32,000 nt of DNA from Candidatus Hermodarchaeota archaeon (GCA_048886185.1 JBHLKY010000009.1:183130-215129); one strand, 5' to 3'. Shown: positions 9,337-19,583, numbered from the stretch's first letter. Notes: generated by a model from the sequence alone, not told the origin. Numbers and translations are program-made.

Positions 9337-10347
9337 TTGGTTTATTTAATTACTGGTGGTACAGGACTAGTGGGTAGTTTTCTACTAAAGAATTTAGCAA
9401 ATGATTTCCATTATGACAATGGAGAATGTCGCGTTATTGTTCGTTCACCAGAAAGTAAAGCCATCATTGAACACCAAGGATTTATCCCTATCAAAGCAGA
9501 CCTTACGGACTTAAAAAGTCTGAGAATCGCTTTAAAAGATGTTACAGTTGTTTTTAATCTTGCTGCTATAGCTAGTGATTGGGTAGGTCGAAAAGAACTG
9601 TATCGAGTGAATGCAACTGGAATGAGTAATTTATTAGAGGCTTGTCTTACAACCAATACAGATCCATTCTTAGTTCACACTAGTTCAACTGGAGTGTATG
9701 GACATTATCTTCCTAGTACACCAATTGATGAGAGTTACAAATTTAATCCCACTAGTATCTACCAAAAAAGCAAGTATTATCAAGAGAAGGCTATATGGGA
9801 TGTTCATACTGAAGAAGGATGGAATAACTTTGGTATTGTCCGTCCACCCAGTGTTATTGGCCCAAGAGACATGAAAACGATATATGGTATTTTTAAAGCT
9901 GTATATGAACATAAATTTCCCATCATGCGTAAAGGAAAAGGATATCTTACATTTATTCACCCTCAAGACTTATGTGATGCTATATTATTGGTAGAAGAGA
10001 AAAAAACTCATGCACGTGGTGAAGCATTCAATTTAAAGTCATTTGAGTGTACATTAAAGGATTTTTTAGATTATATTGTTAAGAAAATCAATCCTCCCAA
10101 ACCTCCACGACATCGGAACTATCGTATTATTTATACTATCGCTATTCTCTCAGAAATCTATGCAAAAATAACAGGACGGCAAACAACTCTAAATCGTTAT
10201 CGTGTGACAAAATTTGCGTTATCACGTAGATATATTGATCAAAAAATTAAGAATGAACTAGGATTTCAACCACGAAAAACTATGGAAGCAACTATAGATG
10301 AATCTTACGAATGGCTTGTTAAACGTAATTTATTTCCCCCCACTTAA
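9337..10347 (+). CDS. NAD-dependent epimerase/dehydratase (extended SDR, 3-beta-HSD-like)
   Basis: TGGTGLVG Rossmann motif, VFNLAA, HTSSTGVYG, catalytic YQKSK and RPPSVIGP. TTG start with SD AAGGTGA. Confidence 0.9.
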   Translation: MVYLITGGTGLVGSFLLKNLANDFHYDNGECRVIVRSPESKAIIEHQGFIPIKADLTDLKSLRIALKDVTVVFNLAAIASDWVGRKELYRVNATGMSNLLEACLTTNTDPFLVHTSSTGVYGHYLPSTPIDESYKFNPTSIYQKSKYYQEKAIWDVHTEEGWNNFGIVRPPSVIGPRDMKTIYGIFKAVYEHKFPIMRKGKGYLTFIHPQDLCDAILLVEEKKTHARGEAFNLKSFECTLKDFLDYIVKKINPPKPPRHRNYRIIYTIAILSEIYAKITGRQTTLNRYRVTKFALSRRYIDQKIKNELGFQPRKTMEATIDESYEWLVKRNLFPPT

Positions 10348-10500
10348 GAAACAAGAGGCTACTTTTATATTGTTTAGTAAGAATTTGAAAGAACTAGATT
10401 AACATTTTATTACTTGGACTAAAAAGATATTCTTTGAGCTTGAGTAACAATGATTAGATGCAATGAGGGAGAGGAAAAAAGTGATAAAATGTGAGAATTA

Positions 10501-10614
10501 TTATTTGCGTTTTCTAGAGGTTAATACTACAGTTATGAAAAGACCTAGTAATAATGGGATTATTTTAAATCCTGGAACCCCATAACCAGTACTGATCTCT
10601 TCATAGTCATAGAA
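10501..10614 (-). pseudogene. C-terminal remnant of an exported protein with a PGF-CTERM-like sorting signal
   Basis: My translation: FYDYEEISTGYGVPGFKIIPLLLGLFITVVLTSRKRK*. It is bounded upstream by in-frame TGA/TAG (10615-10620) and has no in-frame start. Confidence 0.55.
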
Positions 10615-11089
10615 TCACTAGCTTTGACTTACTAGTCAAGCTCCGCTTTAGCAAATTAAAAAGTGCCACTGATGGATATACAACAAGAAATAGTAAAATA
10701 CACTCACTATTTAGGTTCGTCTTTTTTAGGATTTTAACTCTCTATTCTTGAGATATTATGAAAAAAAGATTATCGTCAACCTTTTACTCTTTTGAAAACT
10801 TAACCATAATCGTTTAATTATATTAAATTATATAAAAAAAACAAGAAAATTAAAAACAACAAATGAGAAGAACGAGAAGGGGGCCACTGTCAATAACCAC
10901 AAATGACGAAAATACTCATTTACAATTCGTAATTATCATTTTGAATAGAAATTAAATAAATAGTAAATTCCCCAATTTTTTATAAGAAAAAAAATATTTT
11001 AAATCAGAATATACTGTTCTCATAAGTTAACTCTGATTATTGACAATGGTAAATGGTTGAAATACCAAATAATCGCAGTTGAAATAGAT

Positions 11090-12265
11090 ATGCCAATTAA
11101 TCTGAACCGAGAGGCTCAAGTTGAATGGGATAAATACTTAGAAGCCTCTTCTATTGATGATCAGATATTTCATCTAGAAAGGTTTCTGGGGGTATGTGTT
11201 AAACATAAAGGGGTCGAAAAACACCTAGCTATGGCCAAAACCAAGTTGAAAAAACTTAAGGCTCAAAAAGCGAAACTCACCCAATCACGTAAAGGGAGTG
11301 GTGAAAAATGGCTTGTGCCAAAAGGAGAAGACGCTCAAATAACAATAATTGGAATGGTTAATTCAGGTAAATCATCTGTTTTGAATGAATTAGCTCAATC
11401 AGAGGCCGCCAAGGTTGGAGCATATCCATTCACCACTGTAAAACCTGAAATAGGGTCAACTACTGCAAAAGGGGCGCGATTACAGCTTGTTGAGCTTCCA
11501 GCACTGGTAGAAGGAAGTGTGAGAGGAGAAATGTCAGGTAAATTAGTTTTAGCTGGAACAAGAAACGCTGACTGTGTTGTAATAACCCTAGATTTATCAC
11601 AAGAACCCATACAGCAACTTCAGTTAATTTTATCAGAGCTCCACAAAGGGAAAATTCGCTTAAATGTATCCAAACCCCCTGTGACGATTGAAAAGGTTGG
11701 ATCAGGGAATATTCAGGTCTTTAACGACCACTTTTTTGAAGGTGAGGGAAGGGAGGCTGTGATCGAAATTATGAGGGGGAATGGTTATTTAAACGCAATT
11801 GTTAGATTTCAAGCTTTTGTCACAGTAAATCAATTTCTTGATGCCCTTGATAAAACAATCACATATCTTCCTGCAATCATAGTAGCCACAAAAGGCGATT
11901 TAGAAGGTTCTAGGCAGAGTTATGAAAACCTTGTAAGGTATCTAGAAGAATCAAAGCTAAATTTTCATGTTATTCCTACATCTGCCTTACGAAAAGAAGG
12001 TTTTGAAGCAATTGGAGAGAAACTATTTAGTCAATTGGGTAAAATTCGAGTATTTACTCGTAATGCCAAAGGAGACATTGCTGATAGACCTATCATCTTA
12101 GAAAAGGGAAGTACGGTAGAAAATGCAATAGAAGTATTAAGTAAAAAAATGTTGAAATATTTTCGATTCACACGGATTTGGGGAGACTCTGCGAAGTTTG
12201 ATGGCGAAAAAGTGGGTCTCGATCGTCAGTTACATGATGGTGATGTGATTCAAGTTTTTGCCTAG
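11090..12265 (+). CDS. DRG/Rbg-like OBG-family GTPase with C-terminal TGS domain
   Basis: G1 GMVNSGKSS, G2 YPFTT, G4 TKGD and TGS tail RIWGDSAKFDGEKVGLDRQLHDGDVIQV. The ORF is open from TTG 11057, but ATG 11090 (MPINL) matches the usual archaeal N-terminus. Confidence 0.9.
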   Translation: MPINLNREAQVEWDKYLEASSIDDQIFHLERFLGVCVKHKGVEKHLAMAKTKLKKLKAQKAKLTQSRKGSGEKWLVPKGEDAQITIIGMVNSGKSSVLNELAQSEAAKVGAYPFTTVKPEIGSTTAKGARLQLVELPALVEGSVRGEMSGKLVLAGTRNADCVVITLDLSQEPIQQLQLILSELHKGKIRLNVSKPPVTIEKVGSGNIQVFNDHFFEGEGREAVIEIMRGNGYLNAIVRFQAFVTVNQFLDALDKTITYLPAIIVATKGDLEGSRQSYENLVRYLEESKLNFHVIPTSALRKEGFEAIGEKLFSQLGKIRVFTRNAKGDIADRPIILEKGSTVENAIEVLSKKMLKYFRFTRIWGDSAKFDGEKVGLDRQLHDGDVIQVFA

Positions 12266-12505
12266 AGTAAATTAATAAACCAATTAATTTTGTTAACAAC
12301 ACTTATTGAGTTATTATCTACCATGATTCTCAAGCTACTCAAAAATATGACTTTGATCTATCCCTCTCGACTGGTGATATCATGTTCTCTGAAGTTTAGG
12401 ATTTTTATTTTTAAACTAAGAGTTACAAACACTAGGTCTTCTTAATTGGAATTTTTATTTAATGAATAAGAAGATCCTCAGTTTTTTCAGAAAATCTCCC
12501 TGATT

Positions 12506-13039
12506 CTATTCTTGAAAACCAAAATATCTACTTACAAAGGTTTCAATGATCTTACTAAAGGCTTCCTCGTCATTTTCTCTTATTCCATAATAGATTACAT
12601 TTGGTGAACTACTTAATACCTCTGGTTCGTCAATTATGGGAATATTAATACTATCAATCACTTCTATAAAAGTTACTAGAACAGGGAGATTACCATTTAC
12701 TTTCCTAACTTGATGATAAAAAGTTCTTGCAGCTTTAAATGATTCCAAATTGTCATTTGAAAAAAGTATTATTGATCCTGCGATTTCGGTATAATAATGT
12801 GAGGGTAATTTATCTATGAGATATTGACTTACAGGTTGAACAAGGTAAATTGTTAAACGCCAATTTTCTATTTCAATTTGGAGAATGTAAATGTTCTCTG
12901 ATTCAGAAGATAAATTTAAAGTAACTTGACGTGGATATGTTTGTACCAATTTATGGATTAATGGATTTACTAATTCATCAGGGTGACCAAAAATAGATAT
13001 TTTTAATAGATATTCTTTCCATTTTTCATTGTTAACCAT
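12506..13039 (-). CDS. Degenerate Ras/Rab-like small GTPase-fold protein (pseudo-GTPase)
   Basis: Secondary-structure order and the segment HYYTEIAGSIILFSNDNLESF...LPVLV resemble Rab-like GTPases. G1, G3 and G4 are all lost. Confidence 0.6.
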   Translation of the reverse strand: MVNNEKWKEYLLKISIFGHPDELVNPLIHKLVQTYPRQVTLNLSSESENIYILQIEIENWRLTIYLVQPVSQYLIDKLPSHYYTEIAGSIILFSNDNLESFKAARTFYHQVRKVNGNLPVLVTFIEVIDSINIPIIDEPEVLSSSPNVIYYGIRENDEEAFSKIIETFVSRYFGFQE

Positions 13040-13190
13040 CGAACTTTCCGCATTCTCAATGGATGAGGTAGAATTAGTTTTTTTCGAATTCTCTATTAGT
13101 TCTGAACTTTGTGATCTCCATCAATAACTGTACCTAATACAAATTGATAAAGGTTTGTGAACCTATTTTTGAAAGAAATCTCAAAAAAAA

Positions 13191-14045
13191 TTAGTTTATC
13201 GGCCAATCTAATAAAGAACTTACCAAATTCTTTCTTGATAACTCCCCTCCAGTCATTATACTAATGAAATCATCCCCCTCGAAGATTTCTCTAACAATTT
13301 CTTCTTCACTTAATCCTTTCTTAAAGAGATCATGTGTAATTTGATGGAGGCTTTCAATTTCTTTCATTTTTTCTTCTAAAAAAGATCTTCCAGAAATTAT
13401 CCCTTTTCCAGCAAGGAAAAGCGTTAAATTATTCATATTTTTGGTGGAAATAAATAAACTTTGAATAGATCGAAATATCTCTGCAATATCTTCTTGAATG
13501 TCTGATGTTGCGCCAAAAATTCGCGTATATTTAGGTTGAACACCATCTGAGGCAAAGACCCATTGTTGCTTGTGTTCAATTAGTGCTATTTGATCAGGAG
13601 CATGACCAGGGATTGGTAACACTTCAAATGTATAATTACGAGTACTTGTTATTATAGGATTAGGTATCGGATTTACTTCAGCTGGAAGTAGTCCCGAGCC
13701 CCAAGTAATTTGTCGGTACTGTGGATACAAGTACCCCTTTTTAAGAATAGAAGTAGCTTTTTTACTAGCAAATAAAGGAATTCTAAATTCATCCTGTAAT
13801 AAAAACGCTCCCCCTACATGATCTTCATGTGAATGAGTCAGAACACATTTTTTAACATTTTCAGGCCCAATTGACAAAATAAACTCTCGGAATTCTTTCA
13901 CTCCTCCTGGTGCACCTGCATCAATGAGTAAACCATCAATAAAATAGCATGATGTCCAATATGGGGAGCGAATCAACACATTATCAGAGGCCCAACACCA
14001 TTCTAAAATCTCTTTATTTTGGTACCAATTTATTTTAGTAACCAT
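13191..14045 (-). CDS. MBL-fold metallo-hydrolase
   Basis: LIDAG, THSHEDHVGG (HxHxDH), PGHAPDQ and FASDG motifs. Confidence 0.9.
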   Translation of the reverse strand: MVTKINWYQNKEILEWCWASDNVLIRSPYWTSCYFIDGLLIDAGAPGGVKEFREFILSIGPENVKKCVLTHSHEDHVGGAFLLQDEFRIPLFASKKATSILKKGYLYPQYRQITWGSGLLPAEVNPIPNPIITSTRNYTFEVLPIPGHAPDQIALIEHKQQWVFASDGVQPKYTRIFGATSDIQEDIAEIFRSIQSLFISTKNMNNLTLFLAGKGIISGRSFLEEKMKEIESLHQITHDLFKKGLSEEEIVREIFEGDDFISIMTGGELSRKNLVSSLLDWPIN

Positions 14046-14139
14046 GTTAAATTCCCTTAAGATCGCTTTAGGAAGAATCAGTTTCTTTGTAACAAATAAT
14101 AATATCTATTAAATCTAGCTTTTATCTTCCCTTGATGTC

Positions 14140-14916
14140 GTGTTAACAATGATCATAAAGGATATAGTAGTACGTTATCAAGAATTAGCTAATAACGCAT
14201 GGCCGAGTAAAATACACTTCTTTGTTAATGGTTGGAATGTTAGAATATCTGAAGGCTATACACAAAGAGCCAATAGTGTACTTCCAATTTTATATTTTGG
14301 AACAAACCATGAAGAAGACATAGTGGTGGTTGAACAAATATATCGGAAAATGAATTTACCTAAAGTAATTTTCCAGATACCTGAATATACCCAACCATCT
14401 AATCTTGATATAATTTTAGCCTCCAAGGGGTATGATCAACGGTCTAAAACATCAGTTATGTCAGCTAAGCTTAAAAATCTACTTAAACAGCGAATTAATA
14501 ATGTTTATTCCTATAAGGTATCAGAAATTGATCAACAAGGTCAATGGTTTAATTTTAAAGAGTCTTACTCTCTATCAAAGAATAAGATGCATTTAAAAAG
14601 GATGATTATTAATAGGATAGAGATTCCTGCAAAATACTTTTTCTATCTTTTTTTGAATGAATTGTTGATTGGAGTCGCTTTAGGAGTGTGTGAAAGAGGA
14701 TATATTGGTGTCTATGACGTGGAAATTCATCCAGAATTTCGACGAAAAGGTGTTGGAGCAAATTTAATGTATTATATTATTAATTGGGGTATTGATAATG
14801 ATTTTTCTGATGTCTATCTTCAAGTTGAAACCCAAAATGACGCAGGGCAACGTCTGTATAAAAAATTGGGATTTCAAACTTTATTCCATTATCATTATCG
14901 TGAAAAGTTTTTGTAA
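14140..14916 (+). CDS. GNAT family N-acetyltransferase
   Basis: Acetyl-CoA motif VEIHPEFRRKGVG, YLQVETQNDAGQRLYKKLGF and N-terminal GYTQRANSV. Confidence 0.9.
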   Translation: MLTMIIKDIVVRYQELANNAWPSKIHFFVNGWNVRISEGYTQRANSVLPILYFGTNHEEDIVVVEQIYRKMNLPKVIFQIPEYTQPSNLDIILASKGYDQRSKTSVMSAKLKNLLKQRINNVYSYKVSEIDQQGQWFNFKESYSLSKNKMHLKRMIINRIEIPAKYFFYLFLNELLIGVALGVCERGYIGVYDVEIHPEFRRKGVGANLMYYIINWGIDNDFSDVYLQVETQNDAGQRLYKKLGFQTLFHYHYREKFL

Positions 14917-15209
14917 TGAAGTAATCAATCCAAAAACTATAGCATTTTTCAGGGGAAAGAAAATTAAGAGAGATTGATACCTTAAATATCAAGAATTGTA
15001 ATATTTTTCACAATCTATTATTATATTTTTAGATTAATTATTTCTCACTTCCGGTAAGAAAAAGCTAAATATAGACTCAAAAAAAGATTAAAATAGGATT
15101 AAAATTCTACTATTTCAACTCTCTTCAGAATAATACTATTGTAGTTAACTAAAAACATGTTCTTGAGCTGCAATATGAGACCTAGTTCAGATTTCATGAG
15201 TGATTTTTA

Positions 15210-17975
15210 ATGGGTACACAATGGCATGCAGAGGACATTAATTCACTGTTAAATCAATTGGGGGTGGATGATAATGGTTTGTCAGACAATGAAGCTGATA
15301 AAAGACTCACACAATATGGTTTTAATGAATTAGAGCATGCAAAAAAAAGACATCCAATTTTCCTCTTTTTTGAACAATTTAAAGATCCATTAGTTATCAT
15401 TCTGCTTGTTGCACTTATGATATCAATTTTAATTGGTCTTTTCTCAACTGATGAACACCAGAGAATGGAGTACTTTATCGATGCTTTAGCTATATCAGCC
15501 ATTGTTACTTTTAATGCATTCTTTGGTTTTATCCAAGAGTATAAAGCCGAAAAATCTATCGAAGCTCTAAAATCCATGGCTGCTCCCTTTTCCACAGTTA
15601 TTCGTGAAGGAAAAAAACGACGAATTGAAGCTCAACTTCTTGTTCCTGGAGACATTATTTTGATTGAAGAGGGGGACAAAATTCCTGCTGATGGGCGATT
15701 ACTGGAATCACATTCGTTAAGAATTGATGAATCAGCACTCACAGGTGAATCTTTCCCATCTGCAAAGGAAGCTCAGAGTCAATCCTCTCCCTATGCTTCC
15801 GTTGCTGATCGTGAAAACTCAGTATTTAGTGGAACTAGTGTTACAAGAGGCCGCGGCCAAGCTGTTATTGTTCAGACTGGAATGCAGACTGAATTTGGCA
15901 GGATAGCAAAGGGTTTATTGGAAGAAAAGACTGAAGAAACCCCTCTTCAGAAGCGACTGGTTACTTTAGGAAAGTGGATTGGATTTGCTAGTTTATCAAT
16001 CTGTAGCATGATTTTCTTCATTGGTGTCTTGTTACAACAAGAGGTGATAGAAATGTTTATTGTTGCAGTTGGACTAGCTGTAGCAGCTGTTCCAGAAGGA
16101 TTACCTGCTGTTGTTACTCTTGCGTTAGCACTTGGAGTTCAACGTATGAGTAGGAAGAATGCTATAATCAGAAGACTTCCCTCAGTTGAAACATTAGGTT
16201 CTACAACGGTAATTTGTTCTGATAAAACTGGAACACTCACTCAAAACAAAATGACAGTTCGGAAGATCCTCGCGGTTGATGAAGAATATCATCTTACTAA
16301 GAATATCCCCATTAATGATACGATTAATTTAATTATCACAATTGGTGAGGAATGTAATAACGCACAACTCTCAGAGTCTAAAGGGGGTATTGACATCGGT
16401 GATCCGACGGAAATTGCCCTGTTAAGAGTAGCACAGCGAATACATACTTCTGAGCGGGTAAAATACAAGAGATTATTCGAGATTCCTTTTGATTCCAATT
16501 CAAAGCGAATGAGTGTTTTAGTTCAGAATCTGCAAGGTGAATATTTTGTATTCACTAAAGGTGCTCCTGATGTTTTAATTAATCTATGTACATTTTACCT
16601 CTCGAAAGGAGAGATTCTACCACTTGATGACAAAATTCGTGTTCAGTTAGAAGAATCAGAACAGAATCTTGCGAAAACTGGTTATCGAATGCTTGGTATG
16701 GCTTTTAAATCAGTTGATCCTAATGAGGTTGCAGTTGAAAGGGTATTATTATCAGAAGATACCGAAGAGATCGAGTCACAATTAGTCTATGTTGGTGCAA
16801 TGGCTATCATGGATCCTCCTAGAGAGGGTACAAAAGATTCTATCGAAATTTGTAAGAAAGCAGGGATCCGCCCAATCATGATTACTGGTGATCATTTAAA
16901 AACAGCGCTAGCTGTTGCTACTGAGATTGGATTAGTATCTTCGGAAGAATTGGCGAAACCATTTCTTTTTCTTGAAGGAAATCAATTAGCGCAAATGAGT
17001 GATAAAGAATTTACTAATGCTGTTATGGATGTTAATGTGTATGCTCGTGTGTCTCCCGATCACAAACTGAAAATTGTTTCAGCTTTGAAGGCAAACAATG
17101 AAATTGTAGCTATGACTGGGGATGGTGTTAACGATGCTCCTGCCCTAAAACGTGCTGATATTGGTGTTGCTATGGGTATTGCAGGAACTGATGTGTCAAA
17201 AGAAGCCTCTGATATGATTTTAGCTGATGATGATTTTTCGACTATTGTAGGTGCTGTTCTCGAAGGAAGAACAATCTATGATAATATGAGGAAGTTCATT
17301 CTTTATCTGCTTTCTTGTAATGCAGGGGAAATAGCAGTTATGTTTTTTGGCATTTTATTGACTTCATTCATTTTCCAAACTCCTATCCTCCCCTTACTAG
17401 CTATTCAAATTCTCTGGGTTAATTTGGTGACCGATGGACTTCCTGCACTTGCAATGGGGGTCGATCCACCTGATCCTGACGTGATGATCAGACAACCCCG
17501 TAATCCAAAAGAACCAATTTTAACACGGAAGTCTGGTTTTTTTATTTTATACTCGGGGATAATAATCGCATTCGGGACTTTGTTGTTGTTTTTCATGTAT
17601 ATGTATTCTGATGTTATCACAGGTCAGGTACCTTCCGAAGATACTCGAATTCACGCTCAAACTATGGCTTTTACTATGCTGATCATGTTTCAAATGATTA
17701 TGGCTTTGAATATTCGAAAAGAAGAACACTCTTTACTTGGGAGAGAATTCTTTCGAAACCCATACCTTTTACTTGCTATTGGTAGTTCTGTCTTTCTTCA
17801 CATTATGATTGTGTATATTCCATTCTTCCAACCCTTTTTTAGTACCATTGGACTTAATTTGATAGATTGGATTGTGATCATTACTATTGGGAGTATTCTT
17901 GTGATAATAGATGAAGTACGAACATTTTTTGCACACAGGGTTCCTCGTTTTCGAAAACTAGCAGGTTATTGGTGA
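15210..17975 (+). CDS. P-type ATPase, type IIA (Ca2+-transporting, SERCA-like)
   Basis: TGES, VAAVPEGLP, DKTGTLT phosphorylation site, KGAP, MITGD and GDGVNDAPAL. M5 SCNAGE and M6 NLVTDGLP Ca-ligand motifs are present. Confidence 0.95.
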   Translation: MGTQWHAEDINSLLNQLGVDDNGLSDNEADKRLTQYGFNELEHAKKRHPIFLFFEQFKDPLVIILLVALMISILIGLFSTDEHQRMEYFIDALAISAIVTFNAFFGFIQEYKAEKSIEALKSMAAPFSTVIREGKKRRIEAQLLVPGDIILIEEGDKIPADGRLLESHSLRIDESALTGESFPSAKEAQSQSSPYASVADRENSVFSGTSVTRGRGQAVIVQTGMQTEFGRIAKGLLEEKTEETPLQKRLVTLGKWIGFASLSICSMIFFIGVLLQQEVIEMFIVAVGLAVAAVPEGLPAVVTLALALGVQRMSRKNAIIRRLPSVETLGSTTVICSDKTGTLTQNKMTVRKILAVDEEYHLTKNIPINDTINLIITIGEECNNAQLSESKGGIDIGDPTEIALLRVAQRIHTSERVKYKRLFEIPFDSNSKRMSVLVQNLQGEYFVFTKGAPDVLINLCTFYLSKGEILPLDDKIRVQLEESEQNLAKTGYRMLGMAFKSVDPNEVAVERVLLSEDTEEIESQLVYVGAMAIMDPPREGTKDSIEICKKAGIRPIMITGDHLKTALAVATEIGLVSSEELAKPFLFLEGNQLAQMSDKEFTNAVMDVNVYARVSPDHKLKIVSALKANNEIVAMTGDGVNDAPALKRADIGVAMGIAGTDVSKEASDMILADDDFSTIVGAVLEGRTIYDNMRKFILYLLSCNAGEIAVMFFGILLTSFIFQTPILPLLAIQILWVNLVTDGLPALAMGVDPPDPDVMIRQPRNPKEPILTRKSGFFILYSGIIIAFGTLLLFFMYMYSDVITGQVPSEDTRIHAQTMAFTMLIMFQMIMALNIRKEEHSLLGREFFRNPYLLLAIGSSVFLHIMIVYIPFFQPFFSTIGLNLIDWIVIITIGSILVIIDEVRTFFAHRVPRFRKLAGYW

Positions 17976-18083
17976 AATCTTTTCATTTGTATGTAAATGT
18001 GTGATAGTAAATACTTAAAGAGTAATCAGATTTTCTGAAATTTAAACTAAATTTATTACGTTCCAACATTTGAGAGTGTCAAA

Positions 18084-19583
18084 TTGGTCTCAATATTAAG
18101 AACCAGATTTTCTCGAATAGCTAATGTTGTAATATTCTTTGCTTTAGCTTTGTTTCAAATCATAGTTGTATCTTGGATAAGCATTAGTCAAGAGGCGAAA
18201 CCTGAATATCTCGATATCCAGTGGATTACTCAGTGGCACATCTTAGGATTTTATGTATCAATCAATCCAATGGCAGACCCACGTTTCACTGGATTATTAG
18301 TAGTATTGACCGCTGGATTGCAAATACTCTTATTAGGATTTTTAGTAAATGTAGTATTCTCAAACAAGAATATGGTTCAAATTTTCCCTGAACCGCTATA
18401 TGGCCCTTCTTATGCCCCTGAAGAGGCACCAATTGTTGATAAAACTGTTGCATTAGTAACAAGGGTCTCGCAAAAAGCAAAAATTAAAATAAAAAAGATT
18501 TTTGTTTATCGTAAAGCAGTACCTAATGCATTTTCACTCGATCTTATACCATTACCTATTTTTCGAAGACCATATCTAGTACTCAATACAAATGTTCTGG
18601 AGATACTTAATGACAATGAAATTGAAGCCGTTATTGCTCATGAACTTGCTCATGTGAAAAATAGCGATAGTCTTATCAGGTTGATTTTATCGGTTCCTCG
18701 CTTATACCTTAACCTCGTTTATTTATTTATCTACCTTCAAATCGTCACGGGTATATTAGATGCACTTTTTGATACCCTAAATCTCGGTATTGCGTTTGAA
18801 CGGATAATTTTTCTTGGACTTGTGTATTTCATATTAGCCATTTTCACTAAGATAACAGTTCATTTTCTCTCTTCTGCTAATCATCAGGCTGAATATTTAG
18901 CTGATTATTTTGCAGCCAAATTGATTGGACCAGATATACTAATTAACTCCTTGATTCATTTAGGTCAACGTAGTGAAACAATGCAAGTCCTATCAAGAGA
19001 GATTGAGTGGCTTTCCAGTCTCTCAGAGGAGCAAAAGACTTCTAGTAATTTTTTAAGGAGAATCTACCAGCGGTTTCCAAAAACCCAGTTAAATGAGGAT
19101 GTAGCTCGTGAAATCGCCCCTAGAATTTTTCTGGAGGAGAAATTTGAAGAATTAATAAGGGATTATGGGATTGAGCTGGATTCACCAATCAGATCACAGC
19201 TCATTAAGAGTGCTGTTCCTGGATTACTAGAAAAGAGAGCACAATATTTCAGTACATTAGAGAATGATGAAGCAAAAAAGGCAGATTTCACTCCGAGTGT
19301 TCTTAAGGCAAAGACCATTGACTGGCGTCATTTTGATTATAATGCAAGTCAGACACTAGAAGAGGAGGAAATTGCGAGCTTTATCCAAACAATTCTTGCT
19401 CAACCTGATAAAATGGTATTTGAGCATGAGCTTTTCCAAACTGCTGAGAGGGACAGTGACCATCCAAATTTTCGGGAAAGAATCCTAACAATTTATCGCA
19501 CATTCCATTTAAGTCAATATAAGGAAATTCTGGCTGAAGTAACCAAGAAGCAAGAAAACTCTTCCGAGATGGTTAATTCTTAG
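18084..19583 (+). CDS. M48 (HtpX/Ste24-like) membrane zinc metalloprotease with an extended insert
   Basis: N-terminal TMs, PNAFS, HELAH, EYLADYFA and a distant HPNFRERI motif. TTG start. The stop overlaps the convergent VWA stop by 4 bp. Confidence 0.88.
   Translation: MVSILRTRFSRIANVVIFFALALFQIIVVSWISISQEAKPEYLDIQWITQWHILGFYVSINPMADPRFTGLLVVLTAGLQILLLGFLVNVVFSNKNMVQIFPEPLYGPSYAPEEAPIVDKTVALVTRVSQKAKIKIKKIFVYRKAVPNAFSLDLIPLPIFRRPYLVLNTNVLEILNDNEIEAVIAHELAHVKNSDSLIRLILSVPRLYLNLVYLFIYLQIVTGILDALFDTLNLGIAFERIIFLGLVYFILAIFTKITVHFLSSANHQAEYLADYFAAKLIGPDILINSLIHLGQRSETMQVLSREIEWLSSLSEEQKTSSNFLRRIYQRFPKTQLNEDVAREIAPRIFLEEKFEELIRDYGIELDSPIRSQLIKSAVPGLLEKRAQYFSTLENDEAKKADFTPSVLKAKTIDWRHFDYNASQTLEEEEIASFIQTILAQPDKMVFEHELFQTAERDSDHPNFRERILTIYRTFHLSQYKEILAEVTKKQENSSEMVNS

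Noticed and set aside
10620-10642. Small inverted repeat TTGACT-TACT-AGTCAA
   Set aside because: A 6-bp AT-rich stem with no second copy, which is expected by chance.
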